Assembly (NCBI GenBank): GCA_050251945.1
Contig: JBFWLW010000003.1
Location: 128,001 to 192,000 of the forward strand
Length of the DNA stretch: 64,000 nucleotides
Reading direction: 5' to 3'
Source: Deferribacterales bacterium
GTDB lineage: Bacteria; Chrysiogenota; Deferribacteres; Deferribacterales; Geovibrionaceae
Shown in pieces: positions 18,161 through 28,603 of this stretch. The notes beneath the pieces were generated by a model that saw only the letters and a program-made list of their open reading frames with translations, made no database searches and had not been told where the DNA came from. A program made the position numbers and the translations under genes. Numbering within the stretch: the stretch's first letter is position 1; every line of letters starts with the position of its first letter.

Positions 18161-21061
18161 ATGATAAATACGGACGTATGCATCGGAGACCTCTTAAACA
18201 ACGGCAGTATCGTTTTTTTCAGGCTCAAACCTGAACCCGGGTACCCCTTTGTCTGGATATCCCCTAATTCTTTAAAGGTCATAGGATACGGCAGCCCGGA
18301 TGTTGATAGGGGACTTGCCTTCACCGACATAGTGTTCCGCGAAGACCGTTTCGCAGTGCTTTCCGCACTTGAGGACAGCGCTCAATGCGGACGCGACTCA
18401 ACCTTTGAATCCGGTTTCAAAGCGGTCTGCGGTTCTGGCAAAACCATTAACGTACGTGCATTCTTCAGCATCAAGAACAGTAACGGCGAAACCTGCGTCA
18501 GCGGCTATATGTCAGACACATCCGGCAGTTCCGAAATTTCCGCCCGCCTTGAGACAATACTTTCAACTATGCCCGGCGGCATGATAGAGATGGACACGGA
18601 GTGCAGGATAATCTCTGCGAACAAGGCCATTTACGAAATATACGGTTACAGCTCCGAAGAGCTTAAAGGCAAAAGCCTGTCCATACTCATGGACGAACAC
18701 AGCGGAAGCTACGTTGTGGACAATTTCCGTATGGCGGCAATAAACGAGGCTCTGCCCACACGTTTCACTCATAAACATCTTAAAAAGAACGGTGAGGCGG
18801 TTTATGTTGAGCTGGCTTGGGACTACATCCGCGACAGCAAACACCGCATAAAAGGCTTTATCTGCTCTATAACCGACGTCACCGATAAGAAACTTTCCCA
18901 CGATGCAATGGTGAAACAGCTCAAATTTCTTCATCATATTCTGGAATCCATTTCCAACCCCTTCTTTGTGGTTGACACGGACACTATGGATGTTGTCATT
19001 TCAAACAGCGCGGCGGGAGGCACAACAGGCGTAAAATGCTATGACCTGCCCCATGGGAAGGGCAAAGCCTGCTTTCTGGATTCGCTTGAATGTCCTCTGG
19101 AAACCGTTAAAACCACCCGTCAGCCCTGCGTGCGCGAACAGATTCATACGGAAGGCGACGGTTCAAAGACATATTACGAGATACACGGGCAGCCCGTTTT
19201 CAACGAAAAGGGGCAGGTTGTCCAGATGATAGAATACGCACTGGACATCACAGACAGAAAGAGGACGGAAAGCGAACTTGAGAAATACAGAAACCATCTC
19301 GAAACGCTGGTAAAAAAGCGCACGGATGAGCTGAACAAGGCGAACCGGCAGCTTATGGAAGAGATTGACGAGCGGATAGAGAAGGAGCGCCAGCTTGTCC
19401 TTGCCGCAAACGTTATAGAGAACACCATAGAGGGCATCACCATCACCGACTGTTTCGGCACCATAATGCAGGTGAACCCCGCCTTCACTGAGATAACAGG
19501 CTACACGGCGGACGAGGTTATCGGCAAGACGCCGCGCATACTGAAATCCGAAAAGCACGACGGACAGTTCTACCACCGCATGTGGGACAGCCTTATAAAA
19601 AAAGGCAACTGGTCAGGGGAGATATGGAACAGGCGCAAAAACGGCGACGCATACCCCGAATGGCTCTCTATTAACGCCATACGCGACGAGCTGAACAACA
19701 TAACCCACTTTGTTGCTGTGTTCCACGACATATCGGAAGTTAAGCAGGGCGAGGAGAAACTGAAATATCAGGCGAACCACGACACACTGACGGGACTTCC
19801 GAACAGACAGCTTTTCAACGACCGCCTTGAAATGGCGATAGCATACGCGAAACGTCACAGCCAGAAGATCGCGGTTATCTTTATCGACCTCGACAACTTC
19901 AAAAACGTTAACGATACACTCGGTCATTACGTCGGAGACATTCTCCTGCAGAAAGTGGCGGAGATACTGAAAAGCTGTGTCCGCACGGAAGATACGGTTG
20001 CGCGTCTGGGCGGCGACGAGTTCATGCTTATCCTTCAGGACATTCTGTCCGAATCAAACGCAGTTGACACCTCAAGACGAATACTGTCGGAGTTCTCAAA
20101 ACCCATAAGCATCAGCGGCAACGAATTCTTTATAAACGCCAGCCTCGGTATAACCATCTATCCTAACGACGGGGAGGACGTTCTTACCATGGTGAAGAAC
20201 GCAGACCTCGCTATGTACCGTGTCAAAGAAACTGGCAAGAACGGTTATCAGCTATTCACAAAAAACATGAACGAAAAGGTGCTGTCCCGCGTGAACATGG
20301 AAAAAGAACTGCGAAAGGCTGTGGCGGCGAACGATTTCGATGTGGTATACCAGCCGAAGGTGAGCCTTATAACCGGAACCATTACGGGCGCAGAGGCTCT
20401 CATCCGCTGGAACAGAGACGGAGTGCTTATTCCGCCGTCGGAGTTCATTCCGGTTGCGGAAGAGACCGGACACATAATCTCAATAGGCAGAACCGTGCTG
20501 GCAAAAGCCTGCGAAGATGCCGTTCAATGGCATAATATGGGATTTTCCGATATAGACATTGCCGTAAACCTGTCCGCAAGACAGTTCCGCGACGAAAACC
20601 TCATCAACACAGTATGCTCAATTGTTAAGTCCACCGGGATAAAACCGGACCTTCTGGGGCTTGAGATAACCGAAAACACTATGATGGAGGATATCCAGAC
20701 AACGATAATCGCCCTCGCGCATCTCGTTCAGCAGGGGATAAAGATATCAATCGACGACTTCGGAACGGGATATTCATCACTCAGCTATCTGAAACTGTTT
20801 CCCATAAATATTCTCAAGGTCGACAGGCAATTCATCAAGGACATCCCCGATGACCCCGACGACATTGCCATCTCAACAGCGATAATTAATCTGGCAAAAG
20901 GTCTCAACCTGCAGGTCATTGCCGAGGGTGTGGAAACTCAGGCACAGCTTGATTTCTGCCGCGAGCGCGGATGCGACGGCATACAGGGATATTATTTCAG
21001 CAAACCCCTTTCGTACGAAGAATTCATCGAACTGCTCAAGAGCGGTAAAACACTGATTTAG
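18161..21061 (+). CDS. Multi-PAS GGDEF-EAL c-di-GMP cyclase/phosphodiesterase
   Basis: About four PAS/PAC modules; HDTLTGLPNR, RTED I-site, RLGGDEF, EALIRW, DDFGTGYSSL, IAEGVE. Confidence 0.95.
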   Translation: MINTDVCIGDLLNNGSIVFFRLKPEPGYPFVWISPNSLKVIGYGSPDVDRGLAFTDIVFREDRFAVLSALEDSAQCGRDSTFESGFKAVCGSGKTINVRAFFSIKNSNGETCVSGYMSDTSGSSEISARLETILSTMPGGMIEMDTECRIISANKAIYEIYGYSSEELKGKSLSILMDEHSGSYVVDNFRMAAINEALPTRFTHKHLKKNGEAVYVELAWDYIRDSKHRIKGFICSITDVTDKKLSHDAMVKQLKFLHHILESISNPFFVVDTDTMDVVISNSAAGGTTGVKCYDLPHGKGKACFLDSLECPLETVKTTRQPCVREQIHTEGDGSKTYYEIHGQPVFNEKGQVVQMIEYALDITDRKRTESELEKYRNHLETLVKKRTDELNKANRQLMEEIDERIEKERQLVLAANVIENTIEGITITDCFGTIMQVNPAFTEITGYTADEVIGKTPRILKSEKHDGQFYHRMWDSLIKKGNWSGEIWNRRKNGDAYPEWLSINAIRDELNNITHFVAVFHDISEVKQGEEKLKYQANHDTLTGLPNRQLFNDRLEMAIAYAKRHSQKIAVIFIDLDNFKNVNDTLGHYVGDILLQKVAEILKSCVRTEDTVARLGGDEFMLILQDILSESNAVDTSRRILSEFSKPISISGNEFFINASLGITIYPNDGEDVLTMVKNADLAMYRVKETGKNGYQLFTKNMNEKVLSRVNMEKELRKAVAANDFDVVYQPKVSLITGTITGAEALIRWNRDGVLIPPSEFIPVAEETGHIISIGRTVLAKACEDAVQWHNMGFSDIDIAVNLSARQFRDENLINTVCSIVKSTGIKPDLLGLEITENTMMEDIQTTIIALAHLVQQGIKISIDDFGTGYSSLSYLKLFPINILKVDRQFIKDIPDDPDDIAISTAIINLAKGLNLQVIAEGVETQAQLDFCRERGCDGIQGYYFSKPLSYEEFIELLKSGKTLI

Positions 21062-22193
21062 CCGCAGAATAAACTTCTGCCGCAGGCATATTCAGCTTTT
21101 CGCCCGCCGCTACGCAATCGTCCCATTCTGGGCTGTATTTTACTATATCTTTATACTCAAGCACTTTGATATGCACCTTTTCACCGCGGATATCAACGCT
21201 CTCCATCCGCCTGTCCATGATTATGCGGTCAACTGGATAGTGTCGAAGACCAGCTGTGGAAGTGTCCGCAAAAATCACCTGAGCTACGGACTCAAGATTC
21301 TCTTTTTCACAAAGTACGTTCAGCAGAAAAACAGGTCTGTTCTTTTTGCCTATGGACTGGGTAAGCATGACATCCAGAGCGAGGGATTTCAGCCGCGCAA
21401 AAAGATGTCCCATCATCTCGCCCGTGCAGTCGTCTATGGAGGTTTCAGCCATCACAAGCCCGCCCTGCACAGCGCCTTCAATAAGTATGCCGCGAAGCAT
21501 GTTCGGCACTGTCTTAAAGGTCTTTGTGCCAGTGGAAAACGCGGTTTTTATAATCTTTCCCGACAGACCGCCGTATCTTTTCACATAATATTTCAAAATC
21601 GCCGCGCCCGTGGGCGTGGTCATCTCGGTCTGCTCGGAAGAGGGAGCTATCTCCACACCCTCAAGTATCTTCAGCACCGCCGGAGCAGGCACGGGCATTA
21701 TACCGTGCGCCATCTTCACCATTCCGCTGCCCAGAACAGGCAGAGAGGAGGTTATCTCCGTTATGCCAAGCTGCTCAACTCCGTATGCGAATACGGCTAT
21801 GTCGAATATCGAATCCAGCGCACCGACCTCGTGAAAATGCACGTCTTCCGGTGATTTGCCGTGGACTGCACCCTCCGCGCCGGCAATTATCTGAAATATG
21901 CCTATAGCATCCCTTTTCACCTGTTCGGAAAAAGCGGAACGCTCCAGCATTTCGCGGATATCCTTCATGGTTCTGTGGGCGTGCTCGTGAGGCAGGTCAA
22001 GACAAAGCCGTCCACAGACGACACCGGAAACGTCGGCGCTCTCCATGGAAGCCTTTATTTCGACTCCGACCATATCCGAAACGAGTTCCGCCGCCGCGGC
22101 AACATCAAGCCCCAGCCCGCAGAGAACCCCAACGGACATATCGCCCGATATGCCTGAAACTATATCAAAGTGAAGCGTAGTATTTGCAGACAT
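21036..22193 (-). CDS. larC: Nickel pincer cofactor biosynthesis protein (Ni insertase)
   Basis: SGISGDM, AEGAVHG...VHFHEVGALDSI, HG.MPVPAPA, TTPTGAA, ETSIDD. Confidence 0.92.
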   Translation of the reverse strand: MSANTTLHFDIVSGISGDMSVGVLCGLGLDVAAAAELVSDMVGVEIKASMESADVSGVVCGRLCLDLPHEHAHRTMKDIREMLERSAFSEQVKRDAIGIFQIIAGAEGAVHGKSPEDVHFHEVGALDSIFDIAVFAYGVEQLGITEITSSLPVLGSGMVKMAHGIMPVPAPAVLKILEGVEIAPSSEQTEMTTPTGAAILKYYVKRYGGLSGKIIKTAFSTGTKTFKTVPNMLRGILIEGAVQGGLVMAETSIDDCTGEMMGHLFARLKSLALDVMLTQSIGKKNRPVFLLNVLCEKENLESVAQVIFADTSTAGLRHYPVDRIIMDRRMESVDIRGEKVHIKVLEYKDIVKYSPEWDDCVAAGEKLNMPAAEVYSAAKSVFYRS

Positions 22194-22797
22194 TATTTAC
22201 CCCGCATATGCCGCATTTCGGGTTTTTAGCCGTGCATATCTCCCGCCCGAAGCGGATGCACCTGTGTCCCCAAACGCAGTGATTTTCGCCGTCTATAAGC
22301 TTCTCAAGCTCATGCTCTATTTTAACAGGGTCTTCGGTATCCACCAGACCCAGCCTGTTTGTAATCCTCCTGACGTGTGTGTCCACAACGACACCCGCCA
22401 TGTGCCATACGTTCCCGCGCACAACGTTCGCCGTCTTTCTCCCCACGCCCGCCAAAGCGGTGAGAGCGTCCATATCGTCAGGCACCTCGCCGCCGTGGTT
22501 CTGCACCAGACTGTTAGCCATGCTGATAAGGTTTTTTGCCTTAACCTTATACATACCTGCGCTCTTTATGATTTGCTCAATGTCTTCTAACTTAGCAGAA
22601 GCCAGCGCAAAAGCGTCCGGATATTTCTTAAACAGAGCAGGTGTGATCCCGTTCACCCGCTTATCTGTGCATTGCGCGGAAAGCGCGGTAGCGCAAACGA
22701 GCTGAAACGGATTTTCATAATTCAGCGAGCAGGTGGCGTCCGCCCAGTTTTCAGCTAAAAAATTTTCAAAAATCCTTGAAAGTTCTTTTTTGTCCAT
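22165..22797 (-). CDS. nth: Endonuclease III
   Basis: LSAQCTDKRVN, HhH GVGRKTANVV, VDTHV, C-terminal C-x6-C-x2-C-x5-C. Confidence 0.95.
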   Translation of the reverse strand: MDKKELSRIFENFLAENWADATCSLNYENPFQLVCATALSAQCTDKRVNGITPALFKKYPDAFALASAKLEDIEQIIKSAGMYKVKAKNLISMANSLVQNHGGEVPDDMDALTALAGVGRKTANVVRGNVWHMAGVVVDTHVRRITNRLGLVDTEDPVKIEHELEKLIDGENHCVWGHRCIRFGREICTAKNPKCGICGVNNVCKYYASL

Positions 22798-22813
22798 ATT
22801 TATCCGATCGAAT

Positions 22814-22886
22814 GAGATTGCTTCGCTGCACTCGCAAAGACAAACGATACCCGTCTTCGCGAGGAGCGCGGCGACGACGCGATCCC
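22814..22886. repeat. REP-like inverted doublet
   Basis: gagattgcttcg...ctcgcaaagac-spacer-cgtcttcgcgag...gacgcgatccc. Confidence 0.85.
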
Positions 22887-22964
22887 GTCTTTACTCAATA
22901 CATTTTATTTATAATTTATTTTTTTCCGTTTGCCCAGACGCAGTTTTTTGGTGTAGTATTGCCG

Positions 22965-23720
22965 ATGGATTTTGAACTGCTTAAATATCTGATACTTCCG
23001 GCATTCGGCTTCTTCGCCGGGTTCATCAACACTATGGCAGGCGGCGGGTCTTTTCTTACGACACCTCTGCTCATTTTCACCGGACTTGACCCGACGGTGG
23101 CAAACGCCACCAACAGGCTCGGCATCTGGATTCAATCCGTTTTCGGTTTCAACAAATTCCGCACCATGGGTTATTTCCCCGTCCGCATGGGCAAAGTATC
23201 CATTCTGCCCTCCGTTCTGGGAGCGCTTATGGGGTCTTATCTTGCGACCATTGTAGCGGAGGACGCATTCCGTAAATATCTGGCGTTTTTCATGGTGATC
23301 ATGACACTTGTCACCTTTTTCAGACCGAAATCATCAAAAGTCACCGAAGACCTCGAAAAGGGCTTAAAAAATACAGTCGTCTGTTCTCTGGTGTTCTTTG
23401 TCATGGGAATATACAGCGGCTTCATTCAGGCGGGAGTGGGTTTTCTGGTACTTGCGTACTGTGTTATGAACGGCATGGACTACATCCGCGGCAACGCCAT
23501 AAAGATGTTCATGAACCTGTCCACGGCAACGCTTTCGATGGCCGTATTCATTTACAACGGTAAGGTCGTCTGGCTTCAGGGGATATTACTGGGACTGGGC
23601 ATGGCGGCAGGTGCCGTTCTCGCCGCAAAATTCTCTGTCAGAGCTGGGAACGTTTTCATCAAAAGATTCGTATCGGCGGCCGTTATACTTTTCGCAGTCC
23701 TTCTTCTTGTCACTGAATAA
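22965..23720 (+). CDS. Sulfite exporter TauE/SafE family membrane protein
   Basis: AGFINTMAGGGS..TP, ANATN, GIYSGFIQAGVG. True start is ATG 22965; the longer ORF runs through nth and the repeat. Confidence 0.88.
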   Translation: MDFELLKYLILPAFGFFAGFINTMAGGGSFLTTPLLIFTGLDPTVANATNRLGIWIQSVFGFNKFRTMGYFPVRMGKVSILPSVLGALMGSYLATIVAEDAFRKYLAFFMVIMTLVTFFRPKSSKVTEDLEKGLKNTVVCSLVFFVMGIYSGFIQAGVGFLVLAYCVMNGMDYIRGNAIKMFMNLSTATLSMAVFIYNGKVVWLQGILLGLGMAAGAVLAAKFSVRAGNVFIKRFVSAAVILFAVLLLVTE

Positions 23721-23724
23721 AACC

Positions 23725-23796
23725 CAGATCGCTTCGTCACTCCTTTCCCCGCGAAGACAAAAAACCGTCTCTGCGAGCCAAAGCCGAAGCAGTCTC
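23725..23796. repeat. REP-like inverted doublet
   Basis: cagatcgcttcgtc...cgcgaagac-spacer-cgtctctgcgag...cgaagcagtctc, between convergent genes. Confidence 0.85.
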
Positions 23797-23815
23797 ATTC
23801 TCTTCGGTTTTCTGT

Positions 23816-24694
23816 TTACCGGGTAAAGGTCATTCTGTACTTTTTTACGAGCATATCCGGAACGTAGCTGGTCTTCGCCACGCGCAGAGCAACACTGCCC
23901 AGATCCTGTTCAAAGTTTATAAACTCGTACCTTTTCGGCAGAATTGACGCAAAATCGTTATAGATGAACTGATAAATACCTTTATATGTAGTCAGACCCT
24001 TCGCAAAGTGCATGACGTATGTGTTCTCCGTCAGTTCCTCGCCAAGAATAAACGCCGCGGGCTTCTTGTCCGCGTAGTAAATCCCGCCGCAGATGCCAAG
24101 CTCTTTGTAAAGAGTGAGCGCCTCATGGCAGGCATTGTAGTCTGTCTGGTCGCTCGGCAGGTCAGCCTGAGACTGCCATTCGTCAAGTATATAAAACGCA
24201 TCGGCGATGTTGTCATTTGTTATCAGAAACGCCGTTGCGGAATAAAGCTGTGTAAACTGTTTAAGCAGGTTGCGCTTTTTGTGGAGCTTGCGTCCGGCAT
24301 AGGTGGACATTTTTACGCTGGTATAGATATAGTCAGTGTCGCCGTCCTGATATGTCAGGTTTACGCCGTACTGTTTGAAATACTCCGCCCAGTCCTCAAA
24401 AACCGGAAAGAAGAAATCGCAGTTTTTCTGTAACTCGCGCAGGGTTTCAACAGGAACATCCCGCATGTCAGCCGCAGGCATGATGTGCGTCTTGCCGTCA
24501 TAGGTGGTACCCTGAAGAAAAGTGAACCCGTCCTTTTCAAACACATGATAATCGTGGTTGCCGCGAAAAAGATAAAGGTTCTGAAAGCTGTATTCGGATA
24601 CAGGAATATTAACTGACTTAAGCATTGGAGAAAGCGTTGGCTTGTGTTCAAGCGATATGGGAGTGCCGATCATTTCTGTCATTGAGTTTACCAT
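23816..24694 (-). CDS. DUF2156 / aminoacyl-phosphatidylglycerol synthase C-terminal-like protein
   Basis: SEYSF.NLY, DYIY.......GRKLHKKRN, HFAKG...KGIYQ, INFEQDLG...LR.AK.SY.P. Confidence 0.8.
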   Translation of the reverse strand: MVNSMTEMIGTPISLEHKPTLSPMLKSVNIPVSEYSFQNLYLFRGNHDYHVFEKDGFTFLQGTTYDGKTHIMPAADMRDVPVETLRELQKNCDFFFPVFEDWAEYFKQYGVNLTYQDGDTDYIYTSVKMSTYAGRKLHKKRNLLKQFTQLYSATAFLITNDNIADAFYILDEWQSQADLPSDQTDYNACHEALTLYKELGICGGIYYADKKPAAFILGEELTENTYVMHFAKGLTTYKGIYQFIYNDFASILPKRYEFINFEQDLGSVALRVAKTSYVPDMLVKKYRMTFTR

Positions 24695-24925
24695 CTACAT
24701 CAATTTCGTCCAAAATTAATTAAATGCAAGTATAAAAATTATTTTAGTTGTTGTACGCCCTAAATAGCGAATGACGCAATATAAAATCTCATTTATGAAA
24801 TAATTTTGCATTTCATCTTAATAAATTTTCCCTTTCAAAAATACCTGTGTTATATATAATTTAGTTTCAGGTTTTGATTAAAAGCCATTACGGCACTTTT
24901 TGTGCCTGAACGGAGCGGACTAAAC

Positions 24926-25717
24926 ATGTTTTTTGATCTTTCCATTCTGTGTGCAGTGCTTGCACTTCTGCATGTCACCCTGTTCATTTTTATGGGGTAT
25001 CAGAGGCTTGCGGCAATAACAAACATCTTCGCCGTTCTTGGTCTGGTGTTCTCATCAGCACAGTTCATCACCCTTTGGCAGACAAGGCATATGCTCCCGT
25101 TCGGGTCTGTCAGCGGACTTTTCCTTTTCCTTTCACAGGCGCTGATGCTCGTTTACATCATGATGTACATAAAATACCGCAGGCTTACACTGGGTCTCTT
25201 CATCTTCCCGCTTACGGTGCTTTTCGTTATGATAGCACGCTTCGCAGGAGGCATGCCGACAAACATAAATCCCCATGCGGCAGGTTTCTGGCTTTATATA
25301 CATTTGCCCTTCACAATAATAGGCACCGCTTTTTTCATGGTATCAACCATCGGCGGCATAATGTATTTCGTTCAGGAACGTCAGCTTAAGAACAAAAAGT
25401 TCGGGATAATCTTCCGCAGTTTTCCTCCCCTTGACACCATAGACAAGCTTATCAACACAACCCTCTACATAGGCTTCTACACCTTCACCATCGGTCTTCT
25501 TTCGGGACTTATATGGATGATGTATGCCAACGGGGTCATAAACATCTACAGCCCTAAACTTGTTTTCGCCATAATCACATGGATAATTTACAGCGGCATA
25601 ACATTTTATAAACAGATAAAAGGGATGTCTCCAAAGGACACGGCTTTGTCTACCATAGTAGGTTTTATTTCCGTACTGATAACATACGTCGGTGTGGCTT
25701 TTTTTGTAATGGGATGA
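24926..25717 (+). CDS. Cytochrome c assembly (CcsA/HemX-like) membrane protein
   Basis: ~8 TM helices, WLYIH, QER.LK.K...PPL..ID, PK......W..Y; directly upstream of hemA. Confidence 0.8.
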   Translation: MFFDLSILCAVLALLHVTLFIFMGYQRLAAITNIFAVLGLVFSSAQFITLWQTRHMLPFGSVSGLFLFLSQALMLVYIMMYIKYRRLTLGLFIFPLTVLFVMIARFAGGMPTNINPHAAGFWLYIHLPFTIIGTAFFMVSTIGGIMYFVQERQLKNKKFGIIFRSFPPLDTIDKLINTTLYIGFYTFTIGLLSGLIWMMYANGVINIYSPKLVFAIITWIIYSGITFYKQIKGMSPKDTALSTIVGFISVLITYVGVAFFVMG

Positions 25718-25724
25718 AATTAAT

Positions 25725-26996
25725 ATGCAACTTGCAGTTTTAGGTTTAAACCACAACACAGCGCCTGTCGGCGTAAGGGAAACCCTTGCCGTCGACGGGT
25801 CGGAACTCGCTGAGATTTATTCTGAAATAATGAACAACGACAGGATCTATGAGGCGATGATAATCTCCACCTGCAACAGGGTGGAATACTATATCGTAAC
25901 CGACGATTTCCTGTGCAACATTGAAAGCGTTCTTGAAATAGTCTCCGAACACTGCAAAATGGACAGGTCGGAACTTCGCAAATACACCTATATCCACTGC
26001 GGCGAGGACTCCGTGCGCCATATCTTCCGTGTGGCGAGCGGTCTTGATTCACTTGTAATGGGCGAACCGCAGATATTCGGTCAGGTTAAAGATTCGTTCG
26101 AGAACTGCCGTCTGTACGGCGGTGCCGGAACTTTCCTCAAAAAACTTGAGGAATACACCATTAAAACCACCAAAAAAGTGCGTACCTACACAGGTATAGG
26201 CGAAAACCCCGTCTCCGTCAGCTATGCCGCTGTGGAACTCGCAACAAAGATATTCGGCAGTCTTGCAGACAAACACGCCCTTATCATCGGTGCGGGCGAA
26301 ATGTGCGAACTGGCATCCAAGCACCTTGTCACAGCAGGAATAGGCGGCATTACAGTTACCAACAGAACATTTGAAAAAGCACAACGTCTCGCCGGAGAGG
26401 TCGACGGTTCCGCTGTTGAGTTCGACAGCTTCAAAACCTGCCTTCCGGATTCGGACATAATAATAAGCTCGACGGGAGCGACAGAGCTTCTCGTTACCGC
26501 TGCCGATGTGAAAGAGACTATGGCGCTCAGAAAGCGCCGCCCTATGTTCTTCATAGACATAGCAGTTCCCAGAGACATTGATCCGCTTATAAACGAACTT
26601 GAAAACGTATACGTTTACAGCATAGACGACCTTAAGGCTGTTGTTGACGCAAACCGCAAACAGCGGGAGAAAGAGGCTGTCAAAGCCATGGAATATATCG
26701 ACGCGGGTCTTGCCATGTTTTACGAATGGCTCGAATCCATGAAGATAATCCCTGTTATCAAATCACTGCGTCAGCAGTTTGAAGACAAAAAGGAAGAGGA
26801 GCTTAAGCGCTTTTCATCCAAATTCAAAATTGACGACAAGAACGAACTTGCAAAATTGGAATACCTCGTAACGGCATACATGAACAAGGTACTGCACACA
26901 CCGCTGAAGAACCTTAAGAACGCTTCGGCTGTCAAGGGTAAGTACTCACTGGACGAGGCGCTTAAAATCTTATTTGAACTTGAGGATATGAAATGA
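25725..26996 (+). CDS. hemA: Glutamyl-tRNA reductase
   Basis: GLNHNTAPV, STCNRVEYY, SGLDSLVMGEPQI, GAGEM, DIAVPRD. Confidence 0.97.
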   Translation: MQLAVLGLNHNTAPVGVRETLAVDGSELAEIYSEIMNNDRIYEAMIISTCNRVEYYIVTDDFLCNIESVLEIVSEHCKMDRSELRKYTYIHCGEDSVRHIFRVASGLDSLVMGEPQIFGQVKDSFENCRLYGGAGTFLKKLEEYTIKTTKKVRTYTGIGENPVSVSYAAVELATKIFGSLADKHALIIGAGEMCELASKHLVTAGIGGITVTNRTFEKAQRLAGEVDGSAVEFDSFKTCLPDSDIIISSTGATELLVTAADVKETMALRKRRPMFFIDIAVPRDIDPLINELENVYVYSIDDLKAVVDANRKQREKEAVKAMEYIDAGLAMFYEWLESMKIIPVIKSLRQQFEDKKEEELKRFSSKFKIDDKNELAKLEYLVTAYMNKVLHTPLKNLKNASAVKGKYSLDEALKILFELEDMK

Positions 26997-27916
26997 AAAA
27001 AGTCGTAATAGCAACAAGAGGCAGCAACCTCGCACTCTGGCAGGCGGAACACATCAAAGCTCTGCTTATGGAAAAACACGGAGTTGAGGTTGAGCTTAAC
27101 GTCATAAAAACAAAAGGCGACATCATCCTTGACGTTCCGCTGGCAAAAATAGGCGGCAAAGGACTGTTCGTTAAAGAAATCGAACAGGCGCTTCTGGATA
27201 AAACTGCCGACATAGCCGTACACAGCATGAAGGACGTTCCCATGGAACTGCCCGAAGGACTGACACTCTACGCAAGCCCCATAGGCGAAACACCCTATGA
27301 CTGCTTCGTTTCCGTTAAATACAACAAGCTGGACGAACTGCCTCAGGGCGCTGTGGTGGGCACAAGCAGCCTGCGCAGAAAGGTACAGCTTAAAAAATAC
27401 CGCCCCGACCTCGTCATCAAAGACCTGCGCGGCAATGTGAATACCCGCCTTGCAAAGCTTGAAAAAGGCGAATACGACTGTATCATCCTCGCAAAAGCCG
27501 GACTCGTCCGTCTCGGTTTTGAGGAGCGCGTGCGCGAGACATTCAACACAGAAATGATGCTTCCCGCATGCTGTCAGGGCATCCTCGGCATCGAGATACG
27601 CGAGAACGACACAGAGATGATGAACCTGCTGAACTTCATCCGACATGAAGAGACAGAAACACGCGTTAAATGTGAGCGTGCTTTCCTGCGCCGTCTGGAA
27701 GGCGGATGTCAGGCACCCATCGCCGGACACTCCGTTGTCAGCGGCAATGCCATTTCAATGCGCGGTCTCGTTTCCGATATAGACGGAAACATCTTTATCG
27801 AAGAGAATATTAACGGCGATATCAAAAACGCGGAAGCTCTCGGAAAAGCCCTTGCCGACAGGATACTGGGTGCTGGCGGAAAAGAGATACTGGACGAAAT
27901 TTACAAAAACGCCTGA
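26993..27916 (+). CDS. hemC: Porphobilinogen deaminase
   Basis: TRGSNLALWQA, GGKGLFVKE, VHSMKD, GTSSLRR, EGGCQAP. Confidence 0.97.
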   Translation: MKKVVIATRGSNLALWQAEHIKALLMEKHGVEVELNVIKTKGDIILDVPLAKIGGKGLFVKEIEQALLDKTADIAVHSMKDVPMELPEGLTLYASPIGETPYDCFVSVKYNKLDELPQGAVVGTSSLRRKVQLKKYRPDLVIKDLRGNVNTRLAKLEKGEYDCIILAKAGLVRLGFEERVRETFNTEMMLPACCQGILGIEIRENDTEMMNLLNFIRHEETETRVKCERAFLRRLEGGCQAPIAGHSVVSGNAISMRGLVSDIDGNIFIEENINGDIKNAEALGKALADRILGAGGKEILDEIYKNA

Positions 27917-28593
27917 TGAACGTCCTTATAACACGGGAAGCCGACAAATACGCAAAGTTTGCAAAACTGCTGTCACAGGCGGGTCATACACCGTTTTCTC
28001 TGCCGATGATAGAGTGTGTTCCAGTTGACGCCGAAATTGACGGTTACTACGATTTCGGAGTGTTCACCAGCCTCAACGCTGTGAAATACTTTGACAGATA
28101 TAAAGATTCTGTCCGCTTCGGTCAGATAGTCACTGTGGGTTCCGCAACAAAAGCCGCCATGGAAGAAGCGGGATACACCGTTGACCTTATGCCGGATGAG
28201 TTCTCCGCAGAGGGACTTATAGCACTATTTTCCGGATGTAACCTGACTGGGAAGACTTTTCTCATGGCGGGTGCTGAAACACGCGCGGGAAGTTTTCACG
28301 AATGGCTGAAACAGAACCAATGCACCGCTGAGATTGTCACTATATACAGAACGGTTCCTGTTGAGCGTACAAAAGACGAAATTGACGCTTTTATAGCTGA
28401 AAATGGAATTGATGTTGTAACCTTCGCATCGCCTTCCGCAGTCCGCGCTTTTTTTGACATCACGGATACCGACAAAACCATTGTCGTAATAGGTAAAACA
28501 ACTGCCGACGCAGTTAAAAAATATAACAAAGATTGCCTGACCCCAAAGGATTTCACCCTTGAGGCTATGACAGAGATAATAAACACACTTTAA
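27916..28593 (+). CDS. hemD: Uroporphyrinogen-III synthase
   Basis: VLITR, FTSLNAV, VG.AT, YRT, FASPSAV, IG.TTA; hem operon position. Confidence 0.92.
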   Translation: MNVLITREADKYAKFAKLLSQAGHTPFSLPMIECVPVDAEIDGYYDFGVFTSLNAVKYFDRYKDSVRFGQIVTVGSATKAAMEEAGYTVDLMPDEFSAEGLIALFSGCNLTGKTFLMAGAETRAGSFHEWLKQNQCTAEIVTIYRTVPVERTKDEIDAFIAENGIDVVTFASPSAVRAFFDITDTDKTIVVIGKTTADAVKKYNKDCLTPKDFTLEAMTEIINTL

Positions 28594-28603
28594 GAGGTGA
28601 CAT

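Noticed and set aside
22776..22964. 63-aa N-terminal extension of the TauE ORF (repeat-in-protein insertion)
   Set aside because: It overlaps the divergent nth start and merely reads through the REP; a promoter-like element sits right before ATG 22965.
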